NCBI GenBank assembly: GCA_030141605.1
Contig: JAQGDQ010000949.1
Span: forward strand, 1-64,000
Source: Tubiluchus corallicola
Taxonomy: Eukaryota; Animalia; Priapulida
Reading direction: 5' to 3'
DNA: 64,000 bases
A program made the translations under genes and the position numbers. The notes under the pieces were generated by a model. The model ran no database searches. It had not been told where the DNA came from and saw only the letters and a program-made list of their open reading frames with translations. Below, one piece after another: positions 12,967 through 25,624 of the stretch; the first letter of the stretch is position 1, and each line of letters opens with the position of its first letter.

Positions 12967-13362
12967 TCAGGCACCATGAAAATTGTTGTTAACATGATTC
13001 ACGGCTTGTTTAATATTAATTGTTTAGTTATTATTTTACACTATTAAGTTTGTCATCACTTAACACAAACTAAAGTAAATGTAGTTCAGCTTTATCTTCG
13101 GCAACCTAGAAAAACTGGTTAGATTGAAATCGTGGTTATTTGTTATTAGTTTAGCTGGCCATTCTTGCCTCTGCAAAAAAGAGAGGCGGATTTGCTGTAA
13201 GGTGATTCTCGAACGCCGCAACAAAATTATTCTGCATACCTACGCAAGATTCAACTTCCTGTTTAATCTGAGGTTCTGCTCTCAGCTGAAAACTTGCGTC
13301 AACCGCAGAACAGATGAAAATTGCTTATAAGCAGTTGTGTAATCGTGACAGTCATACGTAAG

Positions 13363-14424
13363 ATGAGAAAGCTTGTCATACTACGTTGTTTTTCTGTGAT
13401 ATTGAGTTGCATGTTGCTTATTTGTTTCATGGTTTTTGTTCTTGGCAATACTTTGAAAAGCAATGTGGCACTGGAGAAACATCAAAAAATGGAAATGAAA
13501 ATTGGAAAAATACCAACAGTCACAGAGATTGATCCACACAGCTTGAGAAGCTTTAATTTTCACTTGAATTTAATAGTGATATGTTATAACAGAGCTTCAT
13601 CTTTGGAAAGATTGCTCTTATCACTTGAATCAGCTGATTACATGAATGACTCTGTGTCACTAGAAGTCTGGATTGACTGTGCACCTAATGGACACGCTGA
13701 TGAGAAAACAGTGAAAGTAGCAGTTAATGCAAGTTGGACACACGGCTCAAAGAATGTTCATGTAAGAAAACAACATGCAGGATCTTATACTCAGTGGTAC
13801 GACACGTGGATTCCAGATTCTGAGCAGAAAGGACAATATGGTCTTATTTTAGAGGATGACTTAGATATTTCTGTGCATTATTATAAATGGTTAAAAGCTG
13901 CAATTTATACCTATAAAGATACTCCAGATTTAGCCAGCATCACTTTATATCGTGGGAGGCTTGTTGCCAAACCAGGTTTAAACAGAGGTAAAGTTTGTAC
14001 AACATGTACTGACAGTGTAATTATATATAGACTTTTTAGTACGTGGTCTTGTGCACCAATGCCTGAGATCTGGTCACAGTTTAGAAGATGGTATCATGGC
14101 ATTAAAGATAATGCAACGTTTCTTCCTTTTATTCCAGGAAATGATATTGTCTTGAATAAATCCATACGCAGGTTTCATCCTAGAGGTAAAATGAATGAAG
14201 CATTTTTTCTCCATTATACTGGACACCACCAACTCTATACACTTTATCCAAACCTTCCCAATAGACTAACATTTGTTTGTAATCACAGAGAACCTGGAAT
14301 ACACGTTAGTAAAAAATCTACAAGAGAGTGTGTGTATCCTTTAGTAAAAAAATGGAACAAAAATTTTACCAATTTTCCAAGATTTCCAACTAAAGTTAAC
14401 TGGGATGGGTTCCCTGAGCTGTAG
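13363..14424 (+). CDS. Uncharacterised GT-A-fold glycosyltransferase, type II membrane, copy 1 (353 aa, intronless)
   Basis: ATG at 13363, TM segment, LIVICYNRASSLERLLLSLESADY, LEVWID, LILEDDLDIS..YYKWL (EDD metal-binding motif) and NHREPGIH. Confidence 0.85.
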   Translation: MRKLVILRCFSVILSCMLLICFMVFVLGNTLKSNVALEKHQKMEMKIGKIPTVTEIDPHSLRSFNFHLNLIVICYNRASSLERLLLSLESADYMNDSVSLEVWIDCAPNGHADEKTVKVAVNASWTHGSKNVHVRKQHAGSYTQWYDTWIPDSEQKGQYGLILEDDLDISVHYYKWLKAAIYTYKDTPDLASITLYRGRLVAKPGLNRGKVCTTCTDSVIIYRLFSTWSCAPMPEIWSQFRRWYHGIKDNATFLPFIPGNDIVLNKSIRRFHPRGKMNEAFFLHYTGHHQLYTLYPNLPNRLTFVCNHREPGIHVSKKSTRECVYPLVKKWNKNFTNFPRFPTKVNWDGFPEL

Positions 14425-14720
14425 TTTGAAGCATACTCTGAAGCTTTAATTTTAGCAAAAAAGCCAAAATATATTTACCTGTTTCATTTTGGTGTTTTGG
14501 TTTTAAGAAGTAAATAATAAAAACGTCTTCTGACGTGGGCCGACAGTGCAGAAGTGCAGAAATCACAGGCTGGAACAACATGCTTGTATTAAAGTTATAT
14601 ATTCAATATTGAATATTTATTGGGTTAACAGTAATATAACTTGTTATGCTTATTGTGATCTTAAACCCACCCATCCCTTTATGTTTACTAAATTTAGCAC
14701 CAGGGAAACATGAAGACGGG

Positions 14721-15812
14721 TGTGTCGGTTTGTGGGAATAAAACTAATATGTTATAACTGGTCTAGGTCAATTTAGCATCAGTGCCTCAAATCTAAAGCT
14801 CGGGTCTCCGTGAGTGTGAACGACTAAACAGGAAACACTAAACAGACAGAGCTCGTAATTTACGAACATGTCAGGGTAATCATTTCTACTAATTTCATCA
14901 CCAAGCGTTTGGGTTCATGTTGAGGCAATTCTCCTATAGGACTCGATCATTTTACTAAATATAATCATTGAGTTGTTAATCGTAAAATGTTTTCACAAAC
15001 TTTGAAATAGAACTATTAAACACCTGGATGTTGTGCAAATCATACAGTATTTTATTAAACAAGAACAAAGCAAAGAACAATTGTACAAAAAGGAGAAAAT
15101 AATACCTACTGGGACCAGATTTAACAAGTAGCAAGGAGTATACTAATATTTATATGTAGTTCCTGATGGCTGGCTCTTCCAGGATGCACCAAGGACGGTT
15201 CACAGTCCCAAATCCACGATCCTCTACTGGAATAAGGAGGATGCTTCACCAGGTAGCCGATCCATGAGTTCTTACACGCCACAAGTAGTTTAATCTGGAA
15301 TTGATGTCGTATCGCTGCGCCTCCTCTACCCTCCGAATAGCGTAACCAGGATGCTGCAGACTCCACCACTATGTGAACACTCCACCAATGGACTCCACCA
15401 CTATGTGAACACTCCACCAATGCCCCGAATGTTTCAGAATCCCTCACAGGGTGGGTTGTCAAAGAGCTCCTCTAAGCGAAGAAGTATGGCAAGACAATTA
15501 CCTCAATCCTGAGTCGTGCTGGTGTTACGTAAAGGTTGTCGATACAACATTGTGCATTTAACTATTGTCTCTCACAGACCATCAACTAAATTTTGCCATT
15601 AAGGCCAAAATAAAACTCATAGACAAAACGTGTCTCAAAGATATGACGAACAGAAGAAAGGTACCAACTATGTCAACCAGGTAAAAACGGCCTGGTAGAT
15701 ATCCGTTCAACAGAAAATTTGGTACCTAAATGAAGTGGGCAAGCACTAGTCTAAATAGAATGACCTTGTATATAATGCATAGTATCCAATGGCTTCTATA
15801 CTGTTCAAAGTC
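14721..15812. repeat. LTR-like direct repeat A
   Basis: Starts TGTGTCGGTTTGTGGGAATAAAA and aligns with 26193-27190. Preceded by ACGGG (14716-14720). Confidence 0.75.
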
Positions 15813-16249
15813 TAATAGTCTATGTCTAAAACACAATGCTAAACAATCGATACAAGGCGAAAAATATTAAGAGTTATGATAAGAAGTTTAAGCAATAGTA
15901 ATAGTATGGGAGTGCCTTAAAGAGTTTCCAGACATTTATAATAATATGATTGTAATGATGGGGAAGCATGGCTGGACCATCACTCAACATAAGAGGATTG
16001 CGAAGAATGGGGGATGGACATAAGTTGATGTCAGTTCACCTCGCATAAAGCAAAAAATGCAGCATTGTTGTTGTTAATCTTCTGCATTACAAACCATCAT
16101 CTATCTGAAATACCCCCCCCCCAAATAGAAGAAGTTTAACCGCTATTTTCTTGTTGGGCTTCGTTTGCTTAAAAATACAGATGTGATGCAGTTTCGATAC
16201 TGTGGCAAATGTATTCGCAAAATTAAAAATTGTTATGTAAACGGACCAC

Positions 16250-19200
16250 ATCTGATCGTTATCAGGTAACATGTCAAGGAACTGACTTGAATTAGAGAAC
16301 CACTGTCTCAAATTGAAACCAGCTTCTTTGAAGAGTTGTTTAGCAGCACTGTAAAAACTCACTGCTTGTTCTTCACCATCAACACCAGTCAGCAAGTTGT
16401 CCACATACAGATCTCGTAAAATCTGACTTGAAAGCTCTGTATCATGCAACTTCAGGTGATGTGTGATGGTGGCAGCAAGCATTAAAGGTGAGAAAATTAT
16501 GCCAATAGCTACTCGCTTGAAGCGATATACGTCTAAATTCCTTGGCGAAAAGTCGAATTTAGTTGGATCCCTCAGCCACAAAAAACGGGTACAGTCCCTA
16601 TCGCCTTCATGCAAGCCCACATTTAAAAAAGCTTTTTCTATGTCTGCAACCAGTACTGTATGAAACAATTTAAAGCTTAACAGTATACCTAATAATTGCG
16701 GTAGGATGATGGGCCCACGGTACAAAATTTCGTTTAATGATGGATTACTGCGCCGTGTCTTAGCAGATCCATCATACACAATCCTTACTTGAGTCGTTTT
16801 GGACGACTCTCGAATGAAACAATAATGTGGAATGTAATGTTGTATTTTTCCACAAGTAATTTCGAGGGGGACCTCTTCAATTATGTCTAATTCAAGTTGT
16901 TCCATAATGTTACCATGATAATGCTTTAACAACTCAGGCTGGTCAATTACTTTTGCAACACAACTCTCTAAGCGACCAAAGGCTAGAGCATAGTTGTCAG
17001 GAAGTGGTTTGTGATTAAGTTTAAATGGCCAGCTGACCATGTAACGGCCATCTCTAAACTCTACTGAGTTTTCAAATTTTCTTACAGCCATCTCATCATC
17101 ATCAATTGTTGGTGAATCTTGAATTCCTAAAGAATCCTGGGACCAGAATCGCTCTAACTGATAACTACGCTCTGTCTTATCATCATAATTAGCAACGATG
17201 TCGATGCATGACAAGTGCACTTCAGGTTTAGTAACATCTAAACTAGATGAGTTGTCAATAATCAAGTTCATTGAAGTGCCTAAACCAGTCTGAAATGACA
17301 ATAATGCTGTGCTACATGTGTCATTTTCATTTTCAGCATGTGATGATCGGTTATACCACCCATCATTGTCGTAACACCTATTTTGATATATCTTTCCTAT
17401 GATGTTGAGTGTGCATAATTAATGATATAATTACCATATTGATTTATTGCACTGTTTTTATACTGATATAACATTGCGTGTTTTTGTAAAATTTTGACGA
17501 TAGATGGTTCTGGCCGCTCATTTTCTCTGCCTACCTGTAATTAGGTTACCTGAAAATTCGAATACCATATGGCTTCAACCTGTTTAGGATCTTAATACAG
17601 ATTTCGTGTTTTACACTAGTTATGTTCACATTCTTAGAGACAAGTGCTTCGTAACCATGTTTCTATCTGCATAATAGGACTCAAATTCTCGCTCAGTAGC
17701 AGTGGAAAACCAGTTGAGGACCACGTGATCGAAGTTCTACCTGGACTAATGGTCTGTCTGTTTGTCTGAACTGAAGGTTCTGTTTGTCACCCTGCAAAAG
17801 GACGATATCTGGCTTTATTACTGGGAGTCTGAGGGACGAGTGCAACCAGGCACGAGTGCAACCACTGGACTGCTGGAGCATAAAGAGTGGTCCATACAGA
17901 AGTTGGATTGGTAACCATTGCCAAAGAGTTCTTAGTTCCATATAAGCTCTAAGTTCCATTTTGGTTCTGATTAAATAGCTTGCACGTGCACACAAGTGTT
18001 TCACCAGTGACACGAATTTATGTAGCCTACACAAATAAATGATTATCCTCTAAATTTGGCATATAAAAGTGTCTCTGAAATGCTGAACCCTGAACGCTTT
18101 TCTCTGATTTCCTAACGTCCTGACTTAATTATTACATGGCGTCACCCAGCATCAATGGATTTTTTCTGAACTGCGCCACCAATAATGTAACCAAGACAAC
18201 TAGCAAACATAAAAATGTCGGTTGCTAATTTGCTCTTCTCAGCACCCAATACTCTGAAGTAATGATCATTTTCATTACTTCAGAATAAGTAATTCAGAGT
18301 TCAATTTGTTCTTTCAGGTCATCATCAGAAGAATGGGTACCTGGTAGGACGTCTGCCATGAGACCTTCCCAGCACTTTAACTTTGAACAAATGTCAGAAG
18401 GGAGGCTAGGCCTTCGAGAATATTGAGCAATAAATGGTACAACCCTTACATCTAATTCCAATTGGCAAGCGGTAGGACCACCGTGTAAAGTTATTACACT
18501 ATCATAGCACTCAATTCGTTTTGGCTCAGGATTAGCAAATGTAGATAACATAACAGTGGATTTATTGTTCAATGGCAAATCAAGTCGGTCTGCTAGTGAC
18601 TTTGTTATGTAGCTAGTGTGACTACCAGTATCTAAAAACCCTCTGATTCTTATACCATCTTGAAGTTTTCGTTCCCTTTTCATCAATGTTTGAGGGTTGA
18701 ATGCATAACATAATACTGACTGCATGATTGTGGTTTTTGAATTTGTTTTTGAGTTCAACAGCATCCATTTCAACGCTTTGTGGGTTGGGCCGTTTATTAA
18801 ATGCAGCCTTTTCGCACAAAGTGAGATTATGACGACCTAAACAAACAACACATTGTTTAGTGCAAGTATCTACAGCATGAGTTTTTGACATGCATATCAT
18901 ACATCTATTTTGCATTTTCAGTGTGGCTTTCTTTTCAGAAATTGACAACTCGTGACAGTACCTGCTCGGATGGCCAGTCTTACCACACAAGAAACATGGG
19001 AATTTCTTGAATCCCGATGAAGACCCAACAGGTTTGTTTGATTTGGGTTTACCTTTGTTCACTTTAGGTTTATTAGAGCCCTTGTTAGGTGGTAGACTTG
19101 ATAACCCAGGATGCCCAATACCTTCACTTTGGAATGCAATCTGTTGTTCAGTATTACTTAGTACAGATTCATGTTGATAGTTTGGTCTTCGACCTGCAAA

Positions 19201-20915
19201 ACTCAATTTACCAATTTTGTGTGAAGGTTTCCTATGAGTTTTTCAGTAGGTGTGAGCACAGAATTCTTATTCTTTTAAATTGCTTCGATGTCTTCAACAT
19301 ACCACTTCATGGTTCTGATCAAAGCATCTAGTTTCCACCTTGAACCATGGGTCATACCAGAGCACATTCTACGCAATTCATTGTTTACGTTAGCTGGAAG
19401 ACGCCCGGTAATTTGTCTGACTATGTAATGCTCTTCCTCATACCCCAACATGGCCAAAATTCTCAATATTGACTCAAATTTTGCCAAGGAACTTTCGAAG
19501 GTTTGCAGCATTTGGCGCAACTGTTTCTAAATTTTCAACCAAGTCTAGGTTTCTATCTATTAAATCATCTTTGTTTAGAAATCGCTTTACCAAATGATTC
19601 ACTGCCTGACATGCTGATAACTTTCGGGTATGACTGGGTAGAATTTCACATTTTCACAATTGACCAAAAACACTTTAAATCATCACGATCACCCGGAAAG
19701 GTGGGTAATTGAAACTTGGGTAATCTCGAATTTCTAAAGTAGGCATCAGAATTCAGAACCACTATCATTAGATGCCTGTGAAGCATGACATGCTTCTGCT
19801 GGGGAAGCATACATACTTGCTAAACGTGAAGGTGTCACTTTAGAAGCTTGAGCAATGATAGACTCATGTAATGTATTTTCCATATCACTGTGTTTGGGTT
19901 TTGGTTTAGTGTCTGTCATGTGATGATCACGTGCTTGAAGACGTTCAAGACGCTTGGCAACCTAACTGTTTATTTAAAACAATTTCTTACATAGCCTCAC
20001 ACTAACTAATCTAAATGTAGAATGTTTTTAAAATGTACTGCTAGTTTTTAGGCACTCCTGCAAGCCGTTTTCTGACTCTGACTTTAGCACAATATCATCT
20101 GCGTACATAAGACCATTAATTCTAGTTTAATTTAGTACTGCAGATTGACATTTTACTTTAAACATTTCAGCGGCGGCAGTAGAGGCAGCATTACTGGTAG
20201 TGATGCTAGCATTGTCATTGTTGTTTTTGTTGTTGTCATCATCACTTGCATGCTTCAAGTGGTACACTTGATCCAGCTTGTCCTCTACAAACTCCCTCAT
20301 TCTCTAGCCAATTTCGTATGTACTCTTTGATTCAGGATGACATCTTACATTTACTATCATACCTTCTTTGACTGCTTCGATGCAGAGGACACTTTCCCAA
20401 ATGCACAGTTGGTCAGCATTTGTAGTCGCTCCCATCATAGCGCATCCATAGTTACTCCCTAGGTTATCCAGCTCTTCTGTCAGCTTCTCATACTTGCGTA
20501 AATGCAGGTTGATGCCAAGTTTGGTAACAATGATGATTCTATGCCTGCCTCATCTAATGGCAATGCCGGGTCAAGCTGCGCCAAATGTCCGATGAATACA
20601 AAGATTTGTCCAGACAGAAATAAGACGCCCGGGGGTGTGACTTTTATCTCTCTTCCACCCAGAAGTGTGCAATATTTAGCTTTAGTGTAATCTTGCGAAG
20701 CATTGGCAGTTCAAAGAGCATACAGATGACTTCGAAACCCAATGGAAGCAAGTTGTTACCCACGATGAAGAGTGCAACTGGTCTACCGCCAGCAAACTCA
20801 TTCTACCAGACAACTGTACTTCTAGTTTACTAAATCTGTTATCATTGCTCAATGCCGTCAGTATTTTCTCACACTTAGCTAAAAGTCTGCCATATTCCTT
20901 CACAGTTGAGGACAT
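16250..20915 (-). mobile_element. Decayed BEL/Pao LTR retrotransposon internal region (gag, protease, RT; RNase H and integrase missing)
   Basis: Gag motif RLPKFQLPTFPGD..DL..FW (~19730); three Cys/His knuckles (CFLCGKTGHPSRYC, CMICMSKTHAVDTC, CVVCLGRHNLTLC); protease FLDTGSHTSYI; Pao RT YIPH...TTQVRIVYDGSAK, LNEILYRGP, ADIEKAFL, DRDCTRFLW, YVDNL. Frameshifted and interrupted. Confidence 0.9.
19990..20130 (-). mobile_element. LINE reverse-transcriptase fragment nested in the Pao gag region
   Basis: Minus strand reads INGLMYADDIVLKSESENGLQECL, a non-LTR YADD motif. Confidence 0.65.
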
Positions 20916-21544
20916 GCTCTTTACCCCTTGTGAGTCTCGCTTATGGCATCATATTTAGAAAATTGTCGAAAATGAACCTAAGAGATAAATGGACAAAAAT
21001 TTTTAAGCCTCTTCTGCTCCCTTTAAGTAACTACTCGAATGTGAAAACAAAATGTACACTCACTTGAAATTGGTCCTCTACGGATGTGCTGTCTGGTGCA
21101 GAGAAATCTTGCGAGGAGGAAAAAACACTGTTTCTTCAATCATTATCTCAAACTAGAAAGACTTGCCATCAATGGAATATGCAAAGCAAATGTGCCCATT
21201 CGCGCCCAAACACCCCAACATATGTACACCCAGTGAATTGGCACCAACCAATGGTAGACCAATGCTGAAAACAGATCAGCCAATCCCCTCATGACACATA
21301 TGTGTCACGCCCCAATCATGTCTCATCATATGCTCGCAGGTGTTTGTACATGTTTGTTGCCAGCAGAACGTGTTTGTACATGCATTTCTTGTAGAGCGTG
21401 TTTGTAAAAGCAAGTTTCTGGTAGAAGGTTTTTGCACATTGATTCATCCGTTTTGTTTCTGTCAATCAGCAGAGTTTAGCACTAAAAAAGTAAATAAAGC
21501 AAGGTGTTTTTATGAGGATAATATTTAATTAAATAAATAAATAT

Positions 21545-22540
21545 ATGACAAAGAAAACTTTTGTTGCCAGACTGAAATTTGGTAACACCATGTTGGTGAC
21601 CGGACCCAGTCGTGCCGGGAAAAGCACTTTTGTGAAAAATTTGGTCCTGTATCTGAGCGTGTCGTTCGATATCAAACCCTGGAGGATGATGTGGATATTG
21701 AGAATGCTGCCATCTGGCGAAGAAGAATTATGACAAGTGGAGTGCAGTGACGACATAAATGTGGAAATACGAGCAGGAGATTTAGTGGTAAGACCATGAT
21801 GACAGAACTGACCTCCTTGAAATGGAGCTTCCACACCGCAGACCCTGTTTTGTGGTTTTCAGCAGAGTAAAGAAAGGAAAACTCACTGTATACTTGGTTT
21901 TATTAAAACATGCATGCTATAACATGCAGGTGGATATGTTGGGCAGGCAAATATATCCGGGTAAATCGAAATCATTTGTGAATGCTTACGAGCATGCCAC
22001 TGCGGTGCCATTTTCTCACATGATTTTCGATTTGCAACTTAAAATTAACAACAGCATTCGCATGAGAAGTGCCATATTTCCACATGAAGCACTGCAGCTG
22101 GTCTTCCTCCTCCAAAAACGAGATAAGCAAAATTGCGCTAGGTGTGTCACAAAACCCTCCACAGCACCACCACCACAACCAACAACAACACTAGCAGTAG
22201 GCATGACACCGGGACACATTAGATGATACAAACAATTTCTCAGGCTGCAGGCTCATACCAGTTCCCACCAGAGGCTTGTTGAAATGGTGCCAATGGAGAT
22301 GCATTGAAATTTTTAGAGGAATGTGCTCTCAACATACTATGCAGAAATGTGAAGTTTGAAATCGAAACAGATGGATGTGTTAAAATCGCAACATACTCAG
22401 AAGATTAGCTCGACACAGCTCCACATTGCAGGCCAGAAGACACGTGCTGGTGCAAAAAGGTGGAATATTTCCAATCATATTCATCATGGCATTTTATACT
22501 TGGTGCCATTTCGGCTGCTGCATCCGTGGCTAGGACCGTG
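21545..22540 (+). mobile_element. Polinton/Maverick-adintovirus remnant: packaging ATPase pseudogene plus small downstream virion-protein-like pseudogene
   Basis: RLKFGNTMLVTGPSRAGKSTFVKNL (Walker A); YLVLLKH...QV..LGRQIYPGK...F..AYEHAT..PFSHMIFDL...RMRSAIFP; then frameshifted ALKFLEECALNILCRNV and VLVQKGGIFP...FILGAISAAAS. Motifs and gene order recalled from Polinton/adintovirus ATPase loci. Confidence 0.7.
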
Positions 22541-23137
22541 AAAAGCTTTCACAATAAAAACGATTTCACTCAACAACATTGCAGGGAATACTTTACGAAA
22601 TATAAATTAAATACAGTTTTTTTCTTGCAAACACCAACGTTATTTGGAGACTGCAGTCATAGTAATTAATTTGCATCAAACACAAGCGCTGATGTGCATT
22701 TTTCTAGAATAAATAACATTTAAGTAACTCTATGTAACACACATCAAAAATTTGTTACAAAATTAGCTTTTTAATCTTTAATTCGCATCTACATAGAGTC
22801 GTCAAACCTTAACTTTAGCAAAAACAAATTTTCCTATCAAAACGTCTTTATTATGTTCATATAACTTGTCAAAAATTAACAAAATATTTTCAGTTAATAT
22901 GCGTAGCGGCACCATCAAAGAGTTAGACAGCACGTGTTGTTGATTAAACACGATAACATTTTCACCTGAACTTTTAGTGTTCAACGGCAATTAGAAACAT
23001 TGCGTGTTCCTCAAAAGCATAGGAAATCTCCTAGTAAATATTCCCAAATGGCAATGGTGTAATTTTAGTAGCAAATTGATAGTGATTTAAACATATTAGT
23101 TAATGGAGTATATTAAGCATTTAATTAATTAACAATA

Positions 23138-23467
23138 CAGTCAACCCTCGTTAAACCGGACTAACTGGGGGGTGGGGTGGTCCGGTTTAGCCGATTGTCC
23201 GATTTATCCGATATGCCTGTATATGGTCTATATTATACAGGAATAATCACCTTAATAAGGCCTATATACATTGCACTATATACTATACTGTATATAACTA
23301 TAAAATAGTTAACCTGTGAGGATAAAGAAATTATTGTACAGTTGGTAGCCCGTGTTGTGTTTAGTGCTCCGGCTCGGATGGAAATCGGTCAGTTTCCTTT
23401 ACCACGGATGACGTCCGTCTTATCCGATATTCGGGCTAACGGGGTCCGGTTTAACGAGGATCGACTG
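23138..23467. mobile_element. Tc1/mariner-pogo type MITE (330 bp)
   Basis: 24 bp TIRs CAGTCAACCCTCGTTAAACCGGAC and CAGTCGATCCTCGTTAAACCGGAC (2 mismatches), with a TA TSD at 23136-23137 and 23468-23469. Confidence 0.9.
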
Positions 23468-24697
23468 TACTTGGTTAGTCATTTACGTCAGATAACCAAT
23501 AGAGATTCTTCATTAGTAATTAATTAATTAATTTTCACATAATTTTGTAATGCAAAATTAATCTTTCCTTCATTATCACCTATTATCAAACATTTTTCTC
23601 ACTTTCCTATAAATCTGTGCATGCACCTATAATTTCCACATTTTTACATTTATGTGTAATTACACCCATCAAGCTGTACTTATACTAAGTTCAACTCCTG
23701 CACACAATGTATAGTCTCAGTATCCCAGTGGTTAATCCAATTAAAAAAAAAATATTTGCTAAATTTCGCTAAACTGAATATTTCCTCAAACGAACTCGAC
23801 ATTTCCACTTTCTAAATTGGAGGGGTAATACAAACTTGAAAAAATGAAAAAATCCTGGGAGGTCGGGATTAACTCCTTAAACCACACAGTATCGTAACTT
23901 CTCACCTACTAACGTCTGTTCGATATTTATCCGCATATGCAGAGGTTTGTGAAACTGAGTTGAGGGTGCGAACTGTGAGAACAATAAAGCAATATTAATC
24001 ATTATATATTTATAGAATCACTGCAGTGGCACATGAACAACAATGATACTCGCCATTTCTGGCTAAGCTATCATCTTCAGAGGTTTCTTTCAATTACAAA
24101 CCTTCTGGAAAACAATTTTATAATTTTCAACCTTATTACAAATTTATCAAATTCTGTGTAGTTAGACTTTTTGTAGTCTCCATGAATTTCACGTGTTTAT
24201 AAATCTAGATTCGTGAAATATAATATCTTATATATTCTGAAGCTGGGATCAGATTTTTTAAATAATGTTATTAGAGAAACTTCTTCAAATCACATATTAG
24301 AGGAAAATTTAGGACTTTACATATTCCCATCTGTACAAGTGCATACAGCTTTTTCCAAATTCAGGTTTCTTGCTCTTTTCAAGGTAATACGTGATTGGAT
24401 AATGTAAAAGTCAGCCATCCTATTAATCACTAAGTCAGTATAGCAGTGCTAGCTGAAGGAACAAACGATATTGCAGCTTAGGTAGAACTACAGGTAGTTG
24501 ATGTCGGAATTTCAAGTTATGCTTCTCGGTGCCTTCTTTCGCCATGTTATTTTTTATCCCTTTAATCATAGTTGAAATGTAGCACTTTATAGTCGGAAAG
24601 AACAATTCGGTAACAGCAATTTGCATCACTAGAAGACATTAGGTAGAACTGTTTAGATCTGTTGAGAAGATTGTTTAGATAAGTGCTGCTGAATAAG

Positions 24698-25624
24698 CTA
24701 TTTAGCATAAGTCATTTTACGCATAAACACAACATCTTGTCCAAGTTCTTCTTTACCAGGAGGCAAAATACCAACCTCCTCATACATGTCTGTCCATCGC
24801 ATAAACCTGCGGATGTTTTCCAGTTTTCTCAGTGTAAAATCCATATCAATGTGTGTGCCGTTTTTAGAAAAGTATTCAATTGTCATAACATCTATTTTAA
24901 GTTTATCAAAAGGAATTGTTCGTAGCACATCAAGTTCTGATCCTTCAATGTCCAGGGAAAAATAATCAATATGCATTTGGTCCAGAGCTAGCATTACTGA
25001 ATATAAGGGAAAACATTGTACGATTTGGACATCTAAAAATCCTTTAAAATGTTTCTTCACTCTCTTATCTCGGTTTGGATCAGGAGCATTTACGAGAGCT
25101 CCACTAGTTTCAGCCAACGTGAAGCGCAGTTTAGTTGTCTCTTTGTTGGGACTTAGACAAGTATTCAACAAATATGCATTTCGCTTTTGATTTAACAATT
25201 TTTCAAATGCTTTTGGATTTGGTTCAATCAAAAGTCCTGTCCAACCGCGATTTCTTTCAAGAAATAATGTATTTGAAATTGATCCATCAAAGGCACCACA
25301 CTCCACATAAAATCCAGCGCTTTTCTGTTTAAGCAATTTATCCACAAATGTGGACTGTTTAACCTCTGATGTGTCAGTCACAATATCTGTTGAAGGATTT
25401 TCTGACGGTCCAATTATCCAATGCTCTTTGATGTGCCGCAGCAGTCTTTCATTATCAAATGCTGTGCCACCATATTGTATTCGCAAGATATCTTCTGCAC
25501 TTTCAAAATTGTTACCAATTTCACATGATGGTTCCTTTTTGTGTTTTTCTGTATATAAACCAATTGTAAAAAACACAGCAGAAAATGTTATCAGAATGAT
25601 ATGGTAATAAATGACACGAGTCAT
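24698..25624 (-). CDS. FkbM/Methyltransf_21 family (protein Star-like) SAM-dependent methyltransferase, type II membrane, copy 1 (308 aa, intronless)
   Basis: ATG at 25624. TM IYYHIILITFSAVFFTIGLY; GFYVECGAFDG..SNTLFLE..RGWTGLLIEPNP; VQCFPLYSVMLAL; IDYFSLDIEGSELDVLRTIPF. Confidence 0.88.
   Translation of the reverse strand: MTRVIYYHIILITFSAVFFTIGLYTEKHKKEPSCEIGNNFESAEDILRIQYGGTAFDNERLLRHIKEHWIIGPSENPSTDIVTDTSEVKQSTFVDKLLKQKSAGFYVECGAFDGSISNTLFLERNRGWTGLLIEPNPKAFEKLLNQKRNAYLLNTCLSPNKETTKLRFTLAETSGALVNAPDPNRDKRVKKHFKGFLDVQIVQCFPLYSVMLALDQMHIDYFSLDIEGSELDVLRTIPFDKLKIDVMTIEYFSKNGTHIDMDFTLRKLENIRRFMRWTDMYEEVGILPPGKEELGQDVVFMRKMTYAK

Noticed and set aside
15121-15462. ORFs within the LTR-like repeats (also 26532-26825)
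   Set aside because: No recognisable domain, non-ATG starts, and frames are not conserved between the two copies.
21060-21250. Possible primer-binding sites (TGGTCCTCTACGGAT on +, TGGTGCCAATTC on -)
   Set aside because: The first is on the wrong strand for the Pao element. The second has only a short tRNA-like match and no adjacent LTR end.
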